NCBI GenBank assembly: GCA_002633005.1
Contig: NMRA01000425.1
Coordinates: 107,523-171,522 of the forward strand
Length of the DNA stretch: 64,000 nt
Reading direction: 5' to 3'
DNA from: Phoronis australis
Lineage: Eukaryota > Animalia > Phoronida
The first letter of the stretch is position 1; every line of letters starts with the position of its first letter. Under the pieces are notes generated by a model. It saw nothing but the letters and a program-made list of their open reading frames with translations. It made no database searches and was not told the DNA's origin. Of the stretch, positions 56,860-64,000 are shown in pieces. Position numbers and translations under genes: made by a program.

Positions 56860-57295
56860 TTTATGTATGATTACCGATACTGATTCTCAGTGATGTAAAC
56901 ACAAGATGGCGTGCCGGGTCGGGCATTTCATAAATGTGCTGGCTTTTGGAAATTTAGCGTTGAAAGTGAACAACGAGCTTTAGCGAAGTGAATCAAAGAG
57001 CTGATTTGTCCTGAAGACAATATAGGTACAGTGTATGCCTATTGTTCTAGGGATGTTGCATATGCAGCGAAACCGGGGCATAGAAAGTTTCACCAAGAAG
57101 CATCAGCATTTGCACTAGCAGCAACAGCGGGAACATTTCAATCAAACTACGCTATATCGAACCTCACGTTACAGCAGGGAATCTTTTGGACGTTTAAAGG
57201 GAAGTAATTGTTGCTTTAAAAAGATACGAGACCAAAGAAGAATTGATGTAATGGCACTTTTGGCAGAGTGATCTTGCTTTTACAACTGTGTGTAA
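56860..57295 (+). mobile_element. Decayed PIF/Harbinger (DDE_Tnp_4/HARBI1-like) transposase remnant
   Basis: Frameshifted blocks in the expected order: DVNTRW/PGR (DV..GWPG), PIVLG/DVAY (LGD.AY), QREHFNQ, ESFGRLKG (E.AFG.LK), SCFYNC (CC.LHN). Confidence 0.6.
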
Positions 57296-58978
57296 ATTGG
57301 AATCGCGTTCACATGCGGCAAGTGTAAATTTGCACGCATGTAAAATTACATTTACACGACCCTTGGAGGAGGTGTAATGGTAAACCCGAGTTTAGCTTTA
57401 CACCCGGGTGTATTACAATAGGGTGTAAATATACAGTCGGGTGTAAACACCATCCAAAATGTGGTTGGCAGCAGTCTGTCTTGAGATAGCATGGATATGC
57501 GTCCTCTATTAGTCAAATGTAAGATTTAGATAATTAAAGTTACTGAACCAATTCTGATTGAGTTTATTACATAACTAGAAAATAATGCGTCGTATGGTCA
57601 CGGTCCCAACGAAAGTTATTAAGAACTTCAAATTTTTGATAAGACCGACGATCGACAGTTATTGCTCTATCTGTATTTGTACCAATGTAAACACACTCAA
57701 AGATACGGTCAGGTGAAAGTGGTAGCAGACTGGTATGAATAAAGTTCTGCATTTAGACAATACGTATTTTTACCGAGTTATATTCCAAATTGTTGTTGAT
57801 ATTTGGCTAAATGCACGAGATTTGAGGACCAGAATTTGAGAGTAGGCTTGTGCCTCTTTAGTGAAAAAGGTACTTTTACAGAAATCAGAAGTAGTGCGGA
57901 ATCTAACCCACGACACGGGGTGCCACTTTATAACGCCTACTATACAACACAGAATTTTGAACAGCTAAAGCTGCAATTCGATCCTGTTAATCTGGCTAAA
58001 AATGAAAATCGAATCAAGACCCTTTACTCTCATAAAATCTGTCTCGTAATATTCCTTGCCATCCTAGGATTCCATTTCCATACTCGGAGGCCTGTGGCTA
58101 CCAGATAAGTCGTAAGGAATACCTACATGCGCAGTCCCATTTTCGAAATAGAAAGTTCCAAGTTGGCTAACTCCAGCAAACTCTGAAGCATTCCTTCAAG
58201 ACTCTTGATGGTTTCTACCGATGGTGTTGGAAACAGAATTAGAACCCCATCACGGTATGGGTATAGGGCCGCTTTTGGCGAGATCATAGGTCCAACTGAA
58301 TTCGATTTTTACGGCGAATTGCCACTTTAAAATTCCCCAACATACAGTGCGCACCTGTTACCGGTATTGAGCGTGTTAGAAAAATTCAGTCGTCCATGAA
58401 GAAGGAGGGGGAAAGCCAATTTTGCTCAGGAACCCAGAAATATGGTAGATTTAAGCCGGGCGGTTGATTTCATTTTTGGCCCCATCGATATCGTTTCCGC
58501 ACCGATGAAAAAAATGTTCCAAAATCAACAAAGAACAAAGACGCCAAGTTAAAAGAGTGATTATATTCACAAAGTTCACTCTACAACGACTAGCTCGAAT
58601 TAGTTTACTGTACAACTTGTTGAGGAATAGAAAAAGAAAAGGTTTCTGTGATCGACTCAGCTGACGTCACTTCGACTTTAAAAGAGCTAGTTATCGAACA
58701 TTTTCAAAACTACCAACAGGACAACCCGAGAAACGAGTCCGATTCAGACATAAACTACACGATTGTTGGCACTAACATTGGTGCGAGGCTGATTGCATAA
58801 AAGAACACGGGGAACTATCTGAAAATATGATTTTTTTTCACTAAATCCTGATTAGTTTACTAACAAACCCCGAATTTCGAGTCCCACAGACTTCACAAAA
58901 GGTCATGACCTCAGTATATATCAACAGTAGTTGGCCCTAGCATCGAATGATTTGACCAGCAATGTGTTTCAGAGAATA

Positions 58979-59040
58979 CATGGGTGGTGCAGCACTGAAA
59001 AAGTGGGGGTCTATAGCCCCCTCTCTGGTGCACCGCCCAT
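58979..59040. mobile_element. Minimal ~62-bp MITE (CATGGGTGGTGCA...TGCACCGCCCATA)
   Basis: Terminal IR and CACTGAAAAAGTGGGG core shared with other copies in the window. Confidence 0.6.
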
Positions 59041-59757
59041 ACAATAGTCCACACGTTAAATACTCGATCAAAATGTGGTCCTTGTAACATATTATGACGA
59101 ACAGAGTTTTAAACATGAAAAAACAAAAACCTAGAGCAACAAATCCAGGGCACAAAAACATGCTTCATGTTTTAGAATTTCTAAAAATTAAGCTTCAAGA
59201 AAGGAATTCCCAAGACACAATGAATGTATGGCGTGAAATGTATTTGCACTAAACATGATCAACATTGAACAGCTTATTCAACTATGCATCAATCTCTAAC
59301 GACGCCTACCTACCTTAATTACTAAGGAACTTAAACCTACTAAAAACATCAAGCAGAGAACAGAACTGCCAGCGTTTACACACTGGATAGTAACTGCTCA
59401 GGAGGCTGGTTTCAAAAAACAAGAATTATGTCAAGTCAAAATGTTTGTATGCATAATTAGACTGTTTTAAACATGGCATTCTGTGTACCCTCAATCTTAA
59501 AAGCGATAAATAACATGGTATCAAGCGTACAAAACGGATGCGGATGTTCGCAGGCAGTTAGGGTTTTCGAGAAAGTAAAACCTATTCTCGTACATCCCAT
59601 TACATATTTTTCGAGATTAGATTTAACACCTGCAACGATATTTTAATTGTGCACTCCTTTTTCAAGATACTTGAAATTCAAAATTATCGAACGACTACAA
59701 TCCACCTAGGCTCGAGAGAATAAGAAACCATCAACCATAACAAATATCAAAATGACC

Positions 59758-62096
59758 TCAATATTGCGGCCTATAAAATGGCCTCATTCTCCGATCAAAA
59801 TACCCACCCGGTGGGGGAGGTCGGTTACCGCGGAATGGTACTCGGTGGCGGAACGGAGGTTCCCGAGCAAACTGTCTGGGTGGAGGCCTGCTAGGCCACC
59901 TGGGTGAAGGTCCACCAAAGTTGGCAGGTGCACCTCCTGTGGGGGCTCTACGCTTACCGAAGTCAGTGTCTGAATCATAACGATTGTGGTTACGTTCTCC
60001 AGATGGCGTTACAATACCAATTCGGTTGCCAATGACTTCAGACTGCTCGTCTTCATTATCTGCTTCAATTTCACCTTCCTCGGTTTCTTTAGTTTTTGGA
60101 TGGCTGACAGGTGGTGGAACCTCTTTAGGACTTCCGTTAGCACCTTCGCTTACATCATCATTTGATGAAATCACTTTAAGATTTGGGTTCGGCGGCTTGG
60201 GTAATGTATCGCCAGAACCAGAGCGCCGCTTCAGTTTATCAACAAACTCACTGTTTGCGTTACTTTCCGCTGACATCGGGACAGAAAGTGTCTTCAATGC
60301 ACTAGCTGGGGGAGTCGGAGGTGGTCGAACCAATTTTGGCCTATTATTTACAGCCACTGGAGGTGGTCCACCTTGCAATTTGCTGGATGTACTACCAATA
60401 GTAGGAATTGTTACCAAATTTGTTGATGAACTTTCCTCACTCGTAGCAACAGTCTTTATCTCCACGTTATTGGAGTTGGACCGATTCCTCAGGATACCTC
60501 TGACTGGTGGTGGAGGCAACGATGGAACCACTGGCGACAACACAGGACTCTTGGGAGGTTGCACATGTGCTGCAGTGTTCATGGTGACAGGGGGTGCAGG
60601 AGACTGATTAGAAGCGCTGTTCTGGCGAACAAGAAAACTGGGCGGTGGCTGTGACAAGTTGGGGAATCCCTGGTGGGATCGGGGAGAGTGCAGCTGTACC
60701 TGGGGTGAAGTGGCCGTGTGCCCGCCCACGTACTGAGGCTGTACCTGGGGGGAAGTGGCCGTGTGCCCACCCACGTACTGAGGCTGGTATCCATTTGAGG
60801 CGTTCAGTTGTTCAACTTGGTAAGGTACACTGGTAGGCATCGAGGGGTCTGGCGGCTGGTAGTGGTCAGACCGGGGCTTGCCCTGGGAAAACAGCTGGGA
60901 TGAGGCTTCGCTGGAAAGAGTGTGAGGGGAAGGTGGGGTCAACGATTGGGTGTATGCTTGACTGCTTGGTGATGGAATGGCGACTGCATTATATTGAGGG
61001 CCATGTTGAGATGGAGGAGGATTGTTGACCATGCCTGGGTATCCCGCATTGGCCAGTGTGTATGGGTTCTGTTCAGCAGGCGGTGCAGCTCGAGGCGGCT
61101 GATACAGATTACTGGGCCCTGACGACTGAGCATAGACCTGGGAAGCAGCACCTTGGTAAGCTGTCATTGACTGAGATGGGGGGAACCCTGGTGCAGGTTG
61201 CGTGCTGTGAGAAGCCTGCTGCTGCTGCTGTTGTTGAGGCTGCATTGGCAAGTAAGATTGGACAGGAAGTGAGGGAGGAGTGGGAAAGGGAGGCTGGGAT
61301 GGTTGTACAGGAGGAGTAGGTGGTGTGGGATATAGGGGCTGAGCAGGCGGAGTAGGGGGAGTGGCATAGTGAACTTGGGAAGGGGGAGGAGACTGAAGGC
61401 TAGACTGGTAGCTGATAGGAGTGGACTGCGTGGGAGGAGCCTGGTAAGTAGGCGTGGTTGCAGGATAAACTGGTCCAACAGGAGGAGGGTACGACAGTGC
61501 TGCACTAACTGGAGCAAAGCTGTGCTGATAGGGTGTGCTTACAGATTGATTGGCAGCTGAAGGAGCAGGTGGCACTGCTTGTGCAGCACTACCCAAGGGC
61601 AGTGATAGAGGAGCAGAAGTCTGCATCACTGGCTGGGAGGCAGAGCTAACCACGGTGGCAGAAGAAGGGACAGTGCCTTCCTCCTGTGACTTCACTTCCC
61701 CCCAAGTCATTGGTTGTCCACTCGTCTGTTTGCTCTCCTTGGCCTTCTGTACACTGCTGGTCAAAAGTGTCAGATTCTGCAGTAAGTTGGATGAACTCAT
61801 GGCGCCGGACTTTTGGGTTTTGGAGATCAGCTTCGTCAGGAAGTCAATCGGGTTTGATGTGTCCGACAGCTCGTCCTGAGTGGGGGTACCTCCACTCTCG
61901 TCCTTGACTGGCGTATTACCCCCGTTGTCCGTCGTGGTAGTGGAGCTTTCTGCCTTGGCGTGGCGTTTAACGGGAGGCGGGACGTAGCCGGGGGTATTGT
62001 CATCCTGCGCAGTGCTGCTCTCTCGAGACGATTCAGATGACCGGCTGTGGTGTGACCCATGGCTCTTGGAGTGATGACCATGACTGCTGCCCGACT
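59758..62096 (-). CDS. RPRD2: Last coding exon of an RPRD2-like protein (regulation of nuclear pre-mRNA domain-containing 2); upstream exons not identified
   Basis: Acceptor CTTACTTTCAG at 62097-62098; the frame is open from 62096 into ORF 59758..61800. It contains TPVKDESGGTPTQDE...PIDFLTKLISK, close to the TPVRDERSGTPTQDE...LLSKIIS motif I recall from vertebrate RPRD2. Pro/Ser/Gln-rich body with an R/P/F-rich end. Confidence 0.8.
60694..60786 (-). repeat. In-frame 45-bp exonic tandem duplication (QPQYVGGHTATSPQV x2)
   Basis: Units at 60694 and 60739 differ only at synonymous sites. Confidence 0.9.
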
Positions 62097-62856
62097 CTGA
62101 AAGTAAGAAAAGGAATGGCCTGAGATGTGTACCACTTGGCTATTGCAACTGACAATTCATTATCGTCCAATCTCAAAGACACACACTGGACATTACACGT
62201 GTCAAACCAAGAGGGAGACCAAAGAACACGCATATATGTAAGTTTGCAAAACAGCATTCAGCAGCAAACACCGATACAGAGACGGCTCAGCACTGCTTAG
62301 TATACAAATGCATCACTGGCTAATATAAAAGAATGCGAGATTAAATCCACACAGTGACAATCAATGGTTGAAAATAACACTAAGACTAGTAAGCGTAGTA
62401 CTTAAAAATGCTCGCTGGTCACACGATGACCAGCGGGTGACATCGATAATTAAAAATTAAAAGGTCACATAATTAATAATTAAAAGGTCACATGATGGAT
62501 GCAAGAGTACCACAGACAGTGATATTTTTTCAAGCTCACAACAGCAAAGTGGTTACAGAAGGTCGCTCGACTGATGTTTAAGTGTTTCAATCATAGTCTG
62601 TATCAACAGCAGAATAACTCTGATTTCAACGCTATCCATGCATGAGCAGTGATAACAAGAGAAATGAAGCATTACCAACCTTGAATAAATGAACACTAAA
62701 TTGTGCCTTACGAGAGAATGTCTTTACTGTTAAGAGTGCAAATACCATTCAACCGTAATTCCTCAACATAAAAGTTAAAGAGGATCTTGCAAATACTGTT
62801 TCAGAACATGATGGGAATGTTTTATAAGTACCAGGTGATTTGTTGTTCATTCCTGT

Positions 62857-62926
62857 AAACATGATCCTGCAAACATGATCCTGCAAACATGATCCTGCAA
62901 ACATGATCCTGCAAACATGATCCTGT
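62857..62926. repeat. 14-bp minisatellite, 5 copies (AAACATGATCCTGC)
   Basis: Direct tandem units. Confidence 0.95.
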
Positions 62927-64000
62927 AAATACTCTAACCTCTGTTTCACGAAAGTGACTTAAAGCATAAGAAAGAAATTTGGTCTACACCACTACTTCAG
63001 AAAAATACTTAAAATCTAATTTGGGCAAAACAGTTAAGTCTTTGAGAATATACTGTAGATAACCGAGATGATTAAGTACAAATTATTTATACATTGTGAT
63101 GTGTTCATAATGGCTGAATATTTTTTCAGCACATTGCGAAGTGGAAACGTACGACCAAATTCCCGACTCAAGTCTTGACTTACTTTCTTGAAACAGGCCC
63201 TTGATTTTAGAATAAAAATCGACATCAAGTTGAACTGGCTGGTAGGAGGACCACATGAATGCAGGGCCCTCAACCACTCAATTTTGGGGCCAAATATCTG
63301 CCCCATTCCCTCTGAAAAATATTGAAAAATCACGCTACGTTCCCCTCATGAGGCCCAAAAATTCCCTCATGTCACTGAAAAATTCCCTTCGAGATTCGAA
63401 TCACTTGTAACTCGCATAAGAGACAATTTGAATGAGAACAAAATGTTACTTTTGGCTACTTGAAGCAGAGCCTACAAGGGCTTGCAACAGGGTGGGGGTG
63501 CTATTGATAGTCTCGAAGTAGAGTTTTCCCCTCATCCCAAACAATTCCCCTCTCAGATGGCACAGGCACCTTTCCCCTAGGATGAACGAGGGCTCTGGAA
63601 TGCTAACTGCAACTGACATGCAAACAGCATGCGTGTTTTCCAAGACACAGTCAACGTCGCACAGTGTCTGTGTACACATAAAGCTACATGCTTCCCCAAT
63701 TAGATTAAATTATAATTCCAAACTCCAACAGACACCATTGAGTCAACTTTACGATATTGAATCTGAACAATCATCAAACTTAAGTTCAGTGTAATGGTGC
63801 AAAATCAGGAACACAAACATGTCGTACACAAGTTTTTAGAGATGCCTTGAATTCCATTTTACTGGACAGCATGGCTGAATTTGATAAAGTTGAGGCATAC
63901 TTTTTGGGGGTAATAGTCTTGTGAATTTTGAGAACCAATTTTCTCCACTGCATAACAGGCATCAAACTGGTTCTCAAATTAAGGGCCCATTATAACAGAC

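Noticed and set aside
59984-61879. Plus-strand ORFs opposite the RPRD2-like exon
   Set aside because: Antisense shadows of a GC-rich, Pro-rich exon.
62100-64000. Upstream RPRD2 exons (CID domain)
   Set aside because: I could not identify a convincing exon or CID peptide here; they probably lie beyond the window.

Overview
This is eukaryotic, intron-containing, repeat-rich animal DNA, most consistent with a marine invertebrate such as a lophotrochozoan. It is not prokaryotic: there is no CRISPR array, operon or rRNA. Four minus-strand protein-coding genes can be built by hand with phase-consistent GT-AG junctions. (1) An orphan Ser/Thr/Lys-rich protein of about 1215 aa (4308-7955). (2) A 6-exon type I membrane protein with an IgGFc-binding (FCGBP N-terminal-like) ectodomain (17355-25565, about 988 aa). 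(3) A complete 12-exon chitin synthase without a myosin motor head (30917-46538, about 1506 aa). (4) The last coding exon of an RPRD2-like gene (59758-62096). Two near-identical tandem duplications each start right after a single N (7363-9168 vs 9495-11292; 13035-14327 vs 14795-16066). They look like uncollapsed haplotypes and reveal two transposon presence/absence polymorphisms: a TTAA-targeting Kolobok-type element and a LINE nested inside one. The rest is MITEs, tRNA-headed SINE-like fragments, decayed LINE and Harbinger remnants, and minisatellites. I found no convincing wholly new biological system; the best leads are in the findings. All models are hand-derived without database searches.
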